From Acanthaster planci (Eukaryota): DNA of 64,000 nt. The notes below the pieces were generated by a model that had not been told where the DNA came from, did not search any database, and saw only the letters and a program-made list of their open reading frames with translations. The position numbers were made by a program, and so were the translations under genes. Positions 1 through 14,704 of the stretch are shown here, piece after piece; position 1 is the stretch's first letter, and the number at the start of each line of letters is the position of its first letter. The DNA is taken from positions 2,642,861 through 2,706,860 of the forward strand of contig NW_019091359.1 of the NCBI RefSeq assembly GCF_001949145.1, in the 5' to 3' direction.

Positions 1-276
1 AAGCGATCGGTTACCAACCCACCGCATTTGGACACCATCCCCTTATCCCCTTCTCCACAGCCCCTGGACCCTATTCCCGGTTCCCCGCCTGCCCCGACTG
101 TCTCCCCCCCCCCCCCCCACCNCGAATCGATCGTTGCATCACAGGTTGCGGAGAAACTTGCGGGTGAGTTGAAAAAGGAAGCCTCCCCCAAGCCAAAGGT
201 TCCCCCGCCAGTCCCACTGAGACCAAAGTCCCGAAAAGGATCTTTGCTGCCCAGTCCAGAATCAGGCGAAGTCTGA
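1..276 (+). CDS. 3' end of the terminal coding exon of an unidentified gene; proline-rich C-terminal tail (DOCK3/4-like is a synteny-based guess only)
   Basis: The frame is open from base 1 (KRSVTNPPHLDTIPLSPSP...) to TGA at 274-276. It is GC-rich and Pro/Ser-rich, with a PxxPxR SH3-ligand-like motif (PPPVPLRP). T-rich, UTR-like sequence follows, with AATAAA at 4976 and 6438. Confidence 0.6.
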   Translation, partial: KRSVTNPPHLDTIPLSPSPQPLDPIPGSPPAPTVSPPPPHXESIVASQVAEKLAGELKKEASPKPKVPPPVPLRPKSRKGSLLPSPESGEV

Positions 277-449
277 GCAGTGTTTAGTGCAGCAAAAACC
301 AACACTTCCCCTCCTTCCAGGTGCATGGCATTTAAAAGTGCACCCATCTTGGATTTGATGATTATTTGAAAGCCAGTGGTGCTAATTTTCAGAAACTATG
401 TCAAGTGCTCCTTCTGAGCAGCAGTTCAAAGGTAACTTCCAACCCAGTG

Positions 450-665
450 CAGGGGCATATCCAGGTCTTAGGTCCAGAGGGAGGCTAAATGAAATTGTTT
501 CCATAAACAACTGTCCCTATTTTTTTCATTGGTAAGAGACCTCCCCCCCGGAAGGTCATACACATAGTACCTTCTCTACAATGCTGTTGCTTTCAATTCT
601 TAAAAAAAAATTGGTAGCATGTCACTGTGGGGAGGTTGGGAACTCACCGCCGGATATGCCACTTG
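450..665. mobile_element. Small non-autonomous DNA element (MITE) with CAGGGGCATATCC-type termini
   Basis: The left end CAGGGGCATATCCAGG matches the reverse complement of the right end (CAAGTGGCATATCCGG). Bases 450-565 align by eye with the reverse complement of 51510-51630. Confidence 0.6.
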
Positions 666-3600
666 CTCCACTTATTTGAGCTCTCCACTCATAGATCATG
701 TCTTTTTGCTGGGGTCATTCCCCCCTCCCCCCCACTGAAAAGCAACGAGAAGTGTGTGAAAGACATGAGGCTGAAATTCCTTTATGTCGAGTTTAACAGT
801 TCATGATTGTAATGTTGTTTGAAATTATCGCATTAATTTGTCACAGGCGTAAAAGAGGAAGAGCACACGTCATAGGCATCACAACAGCCGTCTTTGAGTT
901 GTTGTTCAATGTCTTGATGTCAACAGGTATATTGTCATGCATTCTTTCGCTGGTGGTGGGCTAACACGGATGTTGTAGGCACTGGCATTGGTCAGATTTT
1001 CCTTTTGAAACATTTTGTTTTGTGAGCTCAGATCCAAACCAACCAACCCTCAGCAAGCCCCCAAAACAAATGAAAAAGTCATTTAAGTGTACATGTGTGT
1101 AGTTATTTGCATGAAAGCAAGAAACTATTGAATGCCGGCTGAGAACGTCTGCCCAAAAAGACTTTATTTATTTTGCTTCAATTGCCAATGTAGCTTGAGT
1201 TCATTCAGGTCAGATTTAAGCATGACGTCAACACAAATTGAATTTATTACTTCATGGCATATATCCGCCTCATGACCTAGTAAATGCTAAATGTCTTTCA
1301 CGTCTTGCAAATTTCACTGTAAATGTTTTCTGACCTGAAAGTTGATTTCACGTTCAGAAATGATGAACCAGAACTCATCGCTGTCTTGCATGGCCATATT
1401 GAAGGGCCTCACTTTCAATTCTTGCTTTTACACAAACTTTGGCCAATTAAATTGACGAATATTTCCATCATTAAAGACAGCACTGGAAAAGAGACTTTGA
1501 GATGGAAATTTCAAACTCGCTGATCTGTCATCAGAAAAGAAAAAAAACAGCTGGAGATTTGCAGGTACTTGACCCAACGTGGGAAAACCTCTGTGTATAA
1601 ATTGAATCACGCTTTATAATTTCAGACGCAAAGAAAATTGCAGGAAACACTCTTAGACTTGCCTTGATGCATTTAGGCAAAACTGGAACCTTTTTGGCAT
1701 TTTGCTAAGTGCTGAGACTCACTATTTTTACATAAAGTGTTGTACATGTCATCAGGGTTGGTTGCTTATGATAAGCTCTTTACCTGTAGCAGGTAAACGA
1801 ACATTTTCAGCAATAATGATGACATCTTTTGACCGTAGCAGAAAGCAAACACCGTCTCCATAGACAGCATGTAATTTCAGCCATTTTTTTTCTCTTTCCT
1901 AGTCCTAATTACCTTTCTACGTTGTGATTTCCCAGGGCGCTAGGCGTCCACCTGTCACACAAGTTATTAAGGGTGACCCAAAGCATTGTAGGGACTCATA
2001 AATAACCCCCCAACTTGTCCAAATTTGCTGAACAATAGAATTCTAACATGGACATTACATTTTATTTGACTGCCAAGCAAAGAAGTCAACTGCATTCTCC
2101 TAAATTCAAAACATCAGAACAAATATTTCTTAATTTTTTCTGGGAATATGTTACCCGGAGAGCAGAACCCCACATCTATAAGACCCGAGGTTGTCCATCT
2201 TTGAGAATGCAATGTACATGTACCGAACAGTCTAGTGGGATTTTTGCTCAGAAAACTTAACAGCTGTGTCTGACATGGAGAGAATGATTACTATTAACCA
2301 CTCTTATTGCTTACGAACACATCTTGGTAGAAGGTACCCTGCTCTGTTCTCTGAATTATGGGCTCACTACCCAGGCTACTTACAAGAACCAGTCGAGGAC
2401 ACATCACATGTACATGTGCATGTGTGCACTGCTTTATGGTGCGACTTATCTTTGGACTGGTGGACACAACTCCATGGCAACCACCCAAGTGTGTACACAA
2501 TGCACTGCACGTGTTTTGAATACCATTGAAGATATTGCTATTACTGGAGTCCATATTTCTCATCATTATCATCGTCGTCATGATGCAGCTATCTATAACA
2601 CCACTCACTATCCATCTTCATCTTGACTTCATATCCTCTGCTCTCTTTTATCATGGGCTCAACATCTTTCTTTGCACAGATTTCACACGGCCCTTAAGCT
2701 GTGGCTGGGCAGCATTTGAGCTTGCATTTGATTTGGTTCAATTATATCAGCCTTCCGGTCGGTTTCTAGATGAAACGTTTGAGAGATTTTCAGGGGAAAC
2801 CATATCTCAAATTAAACCAATACAATCCTTATGTTTCAGAATGAAAGTAAAGCTTTTGATTTTCTGCAAAAAAAAACAAAATTGAAGTTCACTCTGCTTA
2901 GATTACACCTTTAATTTTCAGCTGTTAAACTCACCAATTTCGAAATCTGTTCTAAACGGTTTCCAGTGTTTGGCGCAAAGATTGTTGTAAAGAAAACAAA
3001 AAGTCATTGCAAGTTTTGCCAATTCCTGCATGATTGGAATTTCAAAAGCATTGAGAAAAGATTATTTTTGCTGCCAGTCTAAACTTTTGCACGGTGGTAT
3101 CCATTTGAGTTTCTGTACCTTTAAAAATGAGTTGAGGTGATGCAGTGCTCTCAAAATTGGGTATTTTTGTCTGTTGCATTTTGGTTAACTGAATATCACG
3201 GGAAGGGACATAAATGAAGAAAGTGTACATTTCAGTTGTAATACACTAGAATAGAGCAAGGCCTTGTATATATCAAATGTGAATACACTCTATCTGTACA
3301 TGTAAGCAGGACCTTTGTAAGGCGGAAGTTATCTTTTTGAATACAATTACTCAGATTTCTACTTAACATTCCCATGTCTTGATGTAATGAGCAGTCTGTA
3401 GTCAGTAGATGATGCAAGATTTGATGAAGTTGATCTTCATGTTGTCACAAATTATTTTTGTATTCTTTTCATTATGTTCTTTGTATCAGAGTAGGGAAAC
3501 AATATTACAAAAGCGTAAAGATTGTCTTGTATGGGAATTTTTATCCCAAATTTCTAAATATTGTATATTATACATCGGGCATTGATGGAAAATCACTCTA

Positions 3601-6437
3601 TAAGTAATATAAAAAAAATCAGGGGATGGATATATCTTAATCGTTGTTTGAATTTCAATGTAGCATACTTTTTTCACTTTTTTTTTTTTCACAAAGATGT
3701 GCAGCTCCAGTTAATGCCCAATTCAGCCACAAAACTGTAAGGGACAATCAAATAGGTGTGTGGGTTGGTTGAACTTGCAGGTTTCATCAGATTACCCAGA
3801 ATTTTCAGATAAATACCATGGAAATGCAAAGGAGGTATTAAGGTTTTTGTCTGGTTCCCACGGCAACATGCAGTTCTCATACTTTCCATTTTGACATCGT
3901 TTTCAACAGGTCACATTTTAAATTCTTAATACTTGGAAGAGGTCAGAGTGTATTTCCTTCTTTTTTGAAAGGTTGCTTACATAAAAGTTGAGAAGTAAAA
4001 GCAAAACAGACTTCCAACAACCTTGATTCTGCATTTTAATTCTCAGCTCATTTAATCACTTTCATCAGCAAAAAGCTGTCAACGTTCTCTCAGTTTGAAA
4101 TTTTGTTTTTAACCAATGTTGAAGCACCAACAAGCTAAACCATTCTTATTTCATGTATGAATTTGCCTGTGTCTTGCAGATTCTCTTAAGCTTTGTTCTA
4201 TCTTAGAAAATAAAAGCAGCGGTAAATTATCTTCTGGATTGCAATTAGTTACTAAATGCATTTAAATTCTCCAGTACCTTCTGTTTAAAAGCATGCTGTG
4301 CATTGCTGTGAATGCCCTTTGAGTTTATGCGTCCATTTTATTTATATTTTCTTTTTCACGTCTAAAAGTTACTTCACTGAATTAGTAACAGACAGGGAAA
4401 AGGAGTTTCTTCCATGTTATTTAGCAAAAACTGGAGTTGTAAAAATTTCCCTTTCTCTAACACAATCATGCACTTTGCCACTGACCGTTTATTAATGCTG
4501 CAACATTTATCGGCAGTGAATGGAATACATGTATTTGGATTACATACACAGAAATTATAACTAAGGCAAAATGGTTTGAAGTACCTAGAAGTGAGGACAG
4601 GGACCCAGTCTGCCTATAGTGCTTATTCCGTGGCTTGAGTTTAGAGGAACCTGACTGATTGCTTGAAATAATCTTCCAAATCCTAGTACTGAAGTTTGCC
4701 TGAAATAATAAATGACCACAAGTCCAGTTTTTTAAAACAGTTTGTCAGAATTTGTAAGCATTTGTTGCCCATACAGTTTTTAAAATCAGTCTTTAAGTCG
4801 GCAGACCTATGCCTAGAATGTAGAAGAGTAGGCCAATATATGTAAATGACTCTCCTCTGTAAAACAAGGATATATTTAGAGAAATATTTGTTTCCTTGGA
4901 ACATCGCGTGGACTGACAATACCATGTTTATTGTGACCTTTTTTTATAAGTCATGCTGTCATACATTGCAAGTGGAATAAAGGAATTATTAAATTGAATA
5001 CAAACTTACCTACATTGTATACCAAGCTCTATTGTTAATTACAGAAATTATTTTTTTAAGAAATCAGCTGATAAAAGGAAAAATTACCCAGCTGTTGAAA
5101 TACAATCTTTTCTTGATGTAGCCATGTTCTGAAATGGGGCATTTCAATAGTTCAAGAAAATCAGTCCAAATGAATGCTGCGTTGTGACTGCGACCAGTTC
5201 AGAACCCGGAACTTTCACCCAAACTTAAATCGTTTTTATTCCAATTTGGAGTAAATGAACCTGGAAAACCCGAGGTCTTTTCTATATCATATTTTCTGTC
5301 CGCTTTCCAATCACTGGCTTTGGTTTGTGGTTTGTAGAAGTTGTTTCTCAATGCCAGTACAAGTTCCATCAGATCTCTTTGAGTTTGACCGTATTTTCTT
5401 ATTCTGTGGTATTTGCAAATTATATTTTTTGATACATTTTGCAAGCAAAAGGGAAATGACCCTTACCTGTTCCTTTTGCACACATCTAAAGAGTAATGTT
5501 TCTCAGAGTTTTGTAAATTGTACAGATTGGACAACATAATGGGTGGAAGATTTTTAATTAAAGAGTAATAACGATGGTATGAACATTTGCCAAATGCAAT
5601 AAGCTGTGTACCTACATGTATGGATAAACCTTCTACATGTACAAGTGCGTAGTGTTGGATGTAGACACTAGCTGTATTTGGAGTTAGACTTTGGCCTGTA
5701 TATTGTACATCAGACTTGTAGGAGCCATTTATTTCAATGCTTCATGGGATCGAAAACTGAATTCCCCAAGACTGGAAAGAGTTTTGTGTGTTTATTTACT
5801 CAGAATAATCCTTCGAATAAAGGACTTCACAAGGAATTTCCATTATGCGACAGTTCCGTCAGTAAGTTTGTCCTGACAGAATAATTATGGCCCAGAACAA
5901 GCTGGACAGATACATGTCTTTGCCTGTCAGATTAACGTATTTGTATAAAAACATGGCTGGTCTTCCCCTGACAGCTATTTTTATTCTCTACTCTTTCAAG
6001 AGGCAGGCCTGTGCTGTATATGTTTGAAGTTTGTGATCATATTCAAGAATTTTAACTTGAGAACAGAGAACTGGACTTCCTGAATTAGCAATTAGTACTT
6101 AATGGATTGGGTAATCAGTGCTCTTGTGCAAGAGTTTGCTATGTGTGGTCTTTTTGGCTAGAGGGGTTGAGGAAGGGGGTGTAAGGAAAGGATTGTAACA
6201 ACATGTACTTCAACTCTTCGTTTAAATTACGTTACTATCTTATTTTTGGAATGAAATAGAAAGTAGTCACATTTTTACTCCGGACTACATACACGTATCA
6301 AATGTTTACAGGTGAGCGTCATCTGGCATAGGTGGAATCTATTAACTTTTTGTCCATAATGCGACCAAAACTTTTTCTTTTTTATTTGAAGTAACTGTAT
6401 GTTTTGCTTTTTGTGTTGAAACAAAGGATGATGTATG

Positions 6438-6443
6438 AATAAA
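6438..6443 (+). terminator. Candidate distal poly(A) signal of the left-edge gene
   Basis: AATAAA at the end of the long T-rich + strand tract. An alternative AATAAA lies at 4976. Confidence 0.35.
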
Positions 6444-6556
6444 ACTTTTTGGAATGAATATGAAAAGGTTTGTATTACATCATCTGTTCAATGAGGCCAA
6501 AGTCTGGAAAATGCATCGGGCTTGTCATCTAGTAGGTGATCCACTGATAATATTCA

Positions 6557-6768
6557 GATAACTCAATATTATGCAGACTCCATAATGACTAATGAAAGCC
6601 ATGTTTGATTCAATATAACTTCTAGCGGCATGTGGCAAAAACCTGTCCCACAACATTGTAATAGGTTCAGCTAAGTCCTGTCACAAGATGTTCTGAATAA
6701 AAAACGAAATATTGAATCAAACATGGCTTTCATTAGTCTTTATGGAGTCTGCATAATTTTGACTTATC
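6557..6768. mobile_element. Foldback MITE with ~60-bp terminal inverted repeats
   Basis: 6557-6616 (gataactcaatattatgcagactccataatgactaatgaaagccatgtttgattcaatat) is a near-perfect reverse complement of 6709-6768. Confidence 0.8.
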
Positions 6769-7399
6769 ATCTACATGTAGTGGCCTTTTTATCTGGCTCA
6801 AGTGGAATACATGCACCTGTATTTTGTGTTATGCATGTACAGCTTTTCAATGCTATTTTCTGCCATTACTGAACGCAAATTGGGTGAGTAGTTGGGTAAG
6901 GTGTAAGCTTTTCATTTGCTCTACATGTACATGTAGGTTAAGGCTGTGTCACATGCATGACGGAACACAAAGAAGACATTTCAAATTTCATTTGATGGAA
7001 TTGGGAAAAAAAAAGGGTTACTCAGCAAAGCTGATGGTGGAAGGATTTGTTTTTAATGTACTTTTCTCAACACTTGAGAAAGTTTGGAAAGTTACATTAG
7101 CAGAATACTATACATGTACCTCTTTCAAAGACCCTAGGAAGTACATGTATTTCACGTGGATGAAATTTCAGGGAAATTGCACAAAAATGGAATTGCTCGG
7201 GAGATTCTTTGAAATCTGGCACTTTTTACAGGCAAATGGTGAAATACATGTACGTAGAACCTGTCACAATGCCAGATTGGGGGGGGACATACACATGTAC
7301 ATTCACATACCATCCAATAAGCAACGCCAAGACTAAGGCAAAAGTCTTTCTTCACATTTTCTGGTCTGCTTGATTGTTTTACTACTGGTACATGTAAAC

Positions 7400-7421
7400 T
7401 TTATTAAAGACAAGGTTTATT
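7400..7421 (-). terminator. Candidate distal poly(A) signals of RBM15
   Basis: Two TTTATT (AATAAA on the - strand) at 7400 and 7416, where the + strand changes from T-rich to A/C-rich. Confidence 0.3.
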
Positions 7422-10400
7422 TTTAGTCCATATCACAGTGGATAACTCACAATGTTACCATAAACACGTACTGAACACAATTACAAATACCTGTGTGCTG
7501 TAAAGTGCAATATTGGGGGTTGAGTAACTGCCGTTGCCTTGTGGGGCACTGGTTTTATGTTCTACATGTAAAAGCTGGAACTAGAATATTGATCACTATG
7601 AACACCATACAAATGCCTTGCATCAAAAATATTGTGCATAATCCCAGCATTTCATGCAACACATTTAGCAGTAGCCTGATAAACCTTAAATTGGCAAAAC
7701 TGCCTGACGAATTTCTATTAATGCAACCTCCAAAATTCAATTTGTTCGCTTAAAATATCTTTCCCCATGACACATTAATAACACAGCACTGGAATTCTCA
7801 AATATGAGGCCGAGAGACAACTGGGGATGACCAATAACTTGCTCAATTTGCTTGTCCAATGAGCAACAGCACCATCTGACCAAAAAAAAAATATTTTGCC
7901 TTCATGACAAACCTGTGCAGGGCTTACTTGAAAGCTGCACACTTGTTTATTGTACTAACCAGATATACAAACAGGTTAAGCTGCGATGACAGTAAGCATG
8001 TGCAAATTTCCACCACAAAAGCTTGTTCAGAAAAATTGACGGCCTCTAAGCAACCTAAACCGAAATTACATCATAGCAATGCACTGGTGACCCACATTGC
8101 ATCCACATGCACCAACATCGGCACAGGTATCCCTAAAACCTTTCCTCTCTGACACTGACACATAAAATTAATAAAAACTTGAGCATGTCAGAGGGCAAAG
8201 GTTGAAGGTCAAGCAAACACTGTACAATAGACCATTCCAGTAAGCCACCCTCACCAGGCCCTTCTCTAATGCCCCGTTATTATACATGTATGTGTCCCAG
8301 GGTGCAGACCACTAATTCAAGTGAGAATTTCTGGCCAGCTCATTAGCATTAAAAGTGCCCCCACGGTATCTTTTGAACAAGGAGATTGTTTGGCCCCCAA
8401 AATGGTGACATTGTGTAAATCCTTGCCAGAATCAACTCCCCAGAGTCTTTGGGCTTTCGTATGAGAGCAGAATGGCTAAAAACTACGGTTGAAAAATGGT
8501 CCTAAGTGCCCAAGAAAGTTAAGAGTTGCCACTTGAAAAACGGCTGCAATCAGACTTCGGAAAAATCACTTTTCCGGGGCGATTTTGCTTTGTGGGAATA
8601 ATTAAAAATGTAATTGGTTAACCCACAAAAAATTGAAAAGAAATTGAGAGATCAGTGACCAGACAAGAATTTCATTTGTGTTTCAGAAGTCTCAGGGATG
8701 TTGGCGTGCATGTTATTGGGCCCTGAACAGTACTGATTTTACACTGTTTTCAATGGAGCTTGAATTAATGGACTGTACCCCTCCACACACATGATAGATG
8801 CATGCATGCATGTCGGCCATAAATCACGACTGTGATTAGTCAGAGCACATGGGGACAGGACTGACCAGATCAGTCTGTTGCCTCTTAAAGCCTAGGTTCA
8901 CAACCAACCCACACGTACAGGTAGTCACAGCAAGCTAAGCAGCTTCGCCATATACTGACTTTCCCGTTTGTCAGATTGAACAATGACAACCATGAGCATT
9001 ATTATACTTTGACAAGTCGGAAATGTATGCAACAGGAAATAGCATGGCTGTCACTGCATGGCTTTCTGTAGCCAAGCAGATGTCTGAATGAGGTCCTTTA
9101 GAAACCTGGTCAACGTCAAACAGTGAATATTCTGTGTGAAATCAATTTCTATAAATGTAGGTACCGATTTATAACCACCATCAGAATAGCATCTGAACGT
9201 GTCTGAGGACAGTTCAGTATCTGACATACTGAAACATCTGCCATGCTAGGGCAGCAACTACAACATGACGTAAAGGGGCGCCATTAATTGCAACAATGAT
9301 AATGAAAATAAACATGTTGGTAAAAAAAAAAATGATTTGCAAACATATGCTAATGTTCAAGTTCAAAAAAGATGTCACGATGTAACCAAACGATTAGTGA
9401 CTGCTGTGATGTGGGCCTTGCATTTGATTTCACCCGTCCTGAAGCTTGACACCCAAGGGCGCCACCATTGCTATTCCACATCACAACAGTTGATCACTGC
9501 TCTATGTACACAGTACACGATGCACCATTTCCCTATTCGTCAGACACAATCCATGCATACACAACAAAATTCAATAGCAGGTAAAAAAAAAAATACGTCT
9601 AGAGACACAGAAACACCTCGTTAATTCCAATCACAGACTTTTTCAATTCTGCATTAACGTGTACTGTATGTGTACCTTATATGAATGCTGGGAAGCTGAC
9701 CACATGCACACATGAATATAGAGACACATGTCCAGTATGTTAAAATCATGAATGCCACCTGAGAAGGTCAATGCTGAACCAAAGTATAGGAGATTTACAG
9801 GGAACCACTTCTTTGAACTACTGATGCCAATTCCAAATCTACCTCTTTGTTGCTTGGTTCATGAATATAAACCAGTAACTATATGTACCATGGTAAACTA
9901 CTCATATCCGCCACACAACACAAGGGGTACCCGGTACATGTGCACAGTTTTACCGTATCGGTGTCCTTATCCAGATGCACATGTGTGAGTATGTGAATGA
10001 AAATGCAGGTCACCAGCAGCGATTCAACACTGGTTGTGATGCAGTGCACAGGTAATTATGTAATGTACAAAGGCTGAAAAGGACACAGTGCTTCCATCCC
10101 GTACAGACTGGGTCAGGACTTCAAGTATGCATGAACCGAAAAATCAAAATACATACGAGTATTGTACATGTACAGTGTAATGCCTTTGTATTTCCCAGCA
10201 CTGCAAAAATGTCTACAGGTAGAACTTGCCTTGCACAGAATTTTTCTGATTTGGTGTATATGTGTACCCCTTTCAACCTTGGTACCAGTACGTAGGAATC
10301 ATTGTTATGTACAGTATACGGTACAGTAGTTGTACACTGCATTAACAACAGTCGAGATGATTGTGAACTGCATACAAGTGTGGCCATTCAGTGGGCTCGT

Positions 10401-13400
10401 TTTGTATTTGACTACATGGAACTCTGAATGCATGAAATTCTGGTAACCTTTAGCAGTGACCTTTTGTAGGACTAGGAGACGGTTTCAATAATATACAGCA
10501 TGTACCCGTATGCGGGAACCCTTCAGACACTGTTGTTTCTAAACAGTATTTCACCATGTAAACACAAACACCTGTCAATAGCATTTACATGTACAATTGT
10601 CAAGTGTAAAGTACATGTACATGTAGGTCAGATCTTACCACAGTAATGTATTTCAGACTCTCCAAGTTCCTCGTTTTCTGGAACCTGAGCGAGAATAAGT
10701 CATCATTTTGATGGGCCCATTGTACAAGTATTACTGTTCAAATATGCAACAAACAATACATGCAATATTTCATTACTGAATCCAAATACATGTACTTTGT
10801 ACCATACATGTACATGTGCATGACCATGTCAGCAAGTCAGTTTTAAATATTTGATACCATGCATAGTGACAGGTACAAGTTAACCACCATTGTAATGACC
10901 CTTCTTTGACTTTTGACCCCTAATGCAATGAAAGTGTCCTTTCACAACACACTAAAACAGAATCACATGCACTGGGACGAATAATGCAATAGACACAATT
11001 CCAATGTCCATTGATTTCAATCCATTTTAGAAGTAGCTTCAAACCGTGTGCGTATTGCCACACCTGTAAGACCACTGACTTTTTCACAACGCATTAACCA
11101 TGCGTGCTTGTCAGCACACACAATGAGAACATGGTTTTTTGGCTTTTGTGAATGGTGCTTTCCATGAGTAAACATGCACACATGTACATGTGTGCAGTGC
11201 ACCACAGAGCATCAAGCTATAAAATCTCTTACTGACACACTAAGGAATTTGCATAAACTGCTTCAAATATCACATTATTTAACTGGGCTACAGACAATGC
11301 ACATGCACATGTATAGCATATGAGTTTCTGAGTACTGGGTGAAATGATTTACAACTCTTTAACCAACTGGAATGCTATCTACACTACACATATTTCTCTC
11401 CCATTTCCTCTTCGATGTGGATCGGCTAAAATTTCTTGATGTTATCAGTCCATCGCAGGCAGTTTTGTTGGTCGTCTGCGCATGTATTCATGGGTGAAAT
11501 GAACTCTGGTGAATATGTGGCAATGTCGAAACTGGAACATCCGCACAGATAAAACTGTAATGAGCTTCCTTCCTTGTTGAACACTCGCAGCGTTTTCTCC
11601 TTCTCCATTTTCCAAAAAAAAAAACAAGGAAACCACCAGGATTTTTCTCCCTGGCACTGTTCTCCATGAGAAACTGCAGGTAATCACGTGGGAGCTCAGA
11701 ACAAGCTGCACAGAGCACGCTGCTTGCATCAAGAAGTCCTGTCGAACATTTCCAGCATTCAGCAACAAAACCGATTTCCATAGGGCAAGGGGTTACACAG
11801 CACATTCCGCACAGTGATCCAGGTGACATGAAGATGGCAAACAGTGACCAGCAATGGAGGACGACTCCTATGAGATCAGAGTGAAACACAACATGGCACA
11901 TATACATCAGGCCCTGTGGGATTTGCATTGAATTTCTTGGCTACACTAACGGCGCATTCCACATCAGTAACCACATACACAGGATCGTGGTGGGGGGGTT
12001 CTCCAAAACTTGCAGTGCATATTTGAAGTACCGGTACCATACTGTACATGGAAATCACTGACAACTACATTTACTATTTCAGCACAGGAAATCTCCTGGT
12101 CACTCACATCCACTTGGAGAGAATACACTTAATATTGCACATTAAATCTTTGGTCGACACTAATTTAATTGAATACATGTGATGAATACATTGAAGAGAC
12201 CTGTACGTTGCACTGTCACGGTATAATTTCAAAGGCATCTCTGATGTCATTGCATCGGTGGCTTATTTCAGTAACTAGAATAAAAATCTTGAAGTTTTCT
12301 CTGTCAACTGCATGTATATGTACACAGCTTAGAATTCTCTCATAGGTATAAAAATGTAAAGCAATAAAAAATATACAGCTGTACTGACAAGTCACGCAGA
12401 CCGAAGGCACAACATGCTGACGAATGCAAATACTGTGATACAAAATGGTACATTCAAACCACAATTTTAGTCGAATGATTCAGCACTCCAAGATCCCGTT
12501 GTCGTTATCCAACTAATGCCCATTCCACCGTTGAGCACATCATATTCAGTATGTTTTTGCACATTTCAGAAATCACACACACAACAAATATTATGACGGC
12601 AAAAATCTCTCCTGACTACGGCGGCAACTAATGGCGACACAAAATAGGCTGAAAATGCCCCAATGGTCTTACCTGTTGATTTCACTACTCCATGGGGTTT
12701 CCACTGGAGTGGCATGGGGGAGGGGAGGCTCCCCCTACCCCAAACCTATTGCCTGGTTGCCACAGCAACCAATCATGCATCAATGAAGTGCTTGTCTTAA
12801 TATGCTGCCGATGCTGATCAAGATTCCAAATGAATGTCTCTGCACGAAAAGTTCTATAAAGGGCCACTCATGGCCGGAAAAGCAACTCCCGAGTCGGAAG
12901 TGATGACTACATAACACTCGGCAAGAAATGAGAGGCAAATTTCTCCAGTGATGAAAGGCTCACTGGATGTAACGGTGTAGTCTCCTTTCATGTACCGTAG
13001 GCGGGGCGAAGTCGGTCTCATATTGGCCGAGTTGCAGAAGGGGAAGTAGTGATCTTGACGGGGGTCGGCTGAGCAGGTACATGTACATGCATGTAGTCTG
13101 GAAAGGTGGATGATGAGGATGGTGTAGAAATCAACAGCTCCTTCGCAAAGTTCAATCAATGGGCAAGGTCACAGATTGGGGGTGCCTCACCAATAGAAGC
13201 AGCAAGTGTTCCAAACGAAATCCCACGTGTCAAACCTACTTTTTCTCCTTCAAACAAAAATACTGTTGGTGTAATTATGCGATACTGTAAAACATGGCAC
13301 TGTGGGCACTTTTTTCCTCTGAGGTTCTTTTGAGCAACGCTTGCAGAACTGCCAATCAGCACAGTCCCTGTAACTTCCTAATGACATGCAGATTTACACC

Positions 13401-14378
13401 ACACATCAGCAATTTTGAAGGCTCTCTGCCATTCAACGGTGTCATTCCTGGCTCTAATGGATTCCCAGGTTATTCAGCATCCAGGTTACCCTGGCAACAG
13501 CAATAATTACAGTCTGGCATGGTTGTTCATTCACTAGGCATGGCAGCCAGTAATGAATGTGACAGTTCTAGTCCCTGATGTGGGTACTGTATCGCAGCTA
13601 TCTATAAAAGCTCGTACAATCCATCTTCAAGCGTACTCCACTTGCACACAACAGGAAGATGCTTAGTAGATGTAAATTATGAAAGTAAATGACGAGCCTC
13701 TGTTGTATTGCGCTCTGGTTTTTATCAGGCTGTAAGCAGTATCTTAATGGCCCGTGATATACACATGATTGCAATTACCACAGGATCAATATTGTGTTTA
13801 GAAACCTGGGGTGTGGCTTGTGCGGTGGTGGCTTTCTAGCGCGTAACGAGAGGTTGCATGACTTGATAGCAAGCAGGCTTGGAGGAGCAAAAGCTAAACT
13901 ACAACCGAAGCTTGTAGACTCAGGCTAAAATTTGGGGATCCACTGGCAAAACTTTTTGGGGGGGGGCGCAATGGGTCAGGCTTTCCAGCATTCCATCAGA
14001 AACATTAAGGTTCTTGAAACACTTGGGTGTCATCAAATCAAATAATTTCCACATTCCAAGGAGATCCATGGTAAAGATGCAAAAAGTGTTGATAAGTCAG
14101 GAGAGGGATTTCTGAACATATCTGAAGAGTCTGGACGAAGTGGTGGCAAACAATCATATTCAAAAACTTTCCAAGGCACTCCCCCCCCAAACCATAAGTT
14201 TTTCACCAATGCCAATTTTTTTGAAAGCAAGTTGCTCAAGGAGGGCTCCAACTGAATGACATGCATGACGCTGGTTTCCACAACACCAGTGAGGTAGGAT
14301 TTCCAAATCAGTATGCCGGTAAAATATTCCATAACTGTAATTCTTTTCCGTCAATTGAAGTACATGTATTTTAACATT

Positions 14379-14704
14379 NNNNNNNNNNNNNNNNNNNNNN
14401 NNNNNNNNNNNNNNNNNNNNNNNNNNNNNNNNNNNNNNNNNNNNNNNNNNNNNNNNNNNNNNNNNNNNNNNNNNNNNNNNNNNNNNNNNNNNNNNNNNNN
14501 NNNNNNNNNNNNNNNNNNNNNNNNNNNNNNNNNNNNNNNNNNNNNNNNNNNNNNNNNNNNNNNNNNNNNNNNNNNNNNNNNNNNNNNNNNNNNNNNNNNN
14601 NNNNNNNNNNNNNNNNNNNNNNNNNNNNNNNNNNNNNNNNNNNNNNNNNNNNNNNNNNNNNNNNNNNNNNNNNNNNNNNNNNNNNNNNNNNNNNNNNNNN
14701 NNNN
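14379..14704. other. Assembly gap
   Basis: Run of N. Confidence 1.

Noticed and set aside
6824..7336. 170-aa ORF, and other 60-150 aa ORFs with CTCTC/MYMY/HVHV runs
   Set aside because: No domain similarity; the composition comes from TACATG repeats in non-coding DNA.
8298..8726. CAGGG...CCCTG-bounded segment as a hAT element
   Set aside because: The terminal match is only ~5 bp and there is no target-site duplication.
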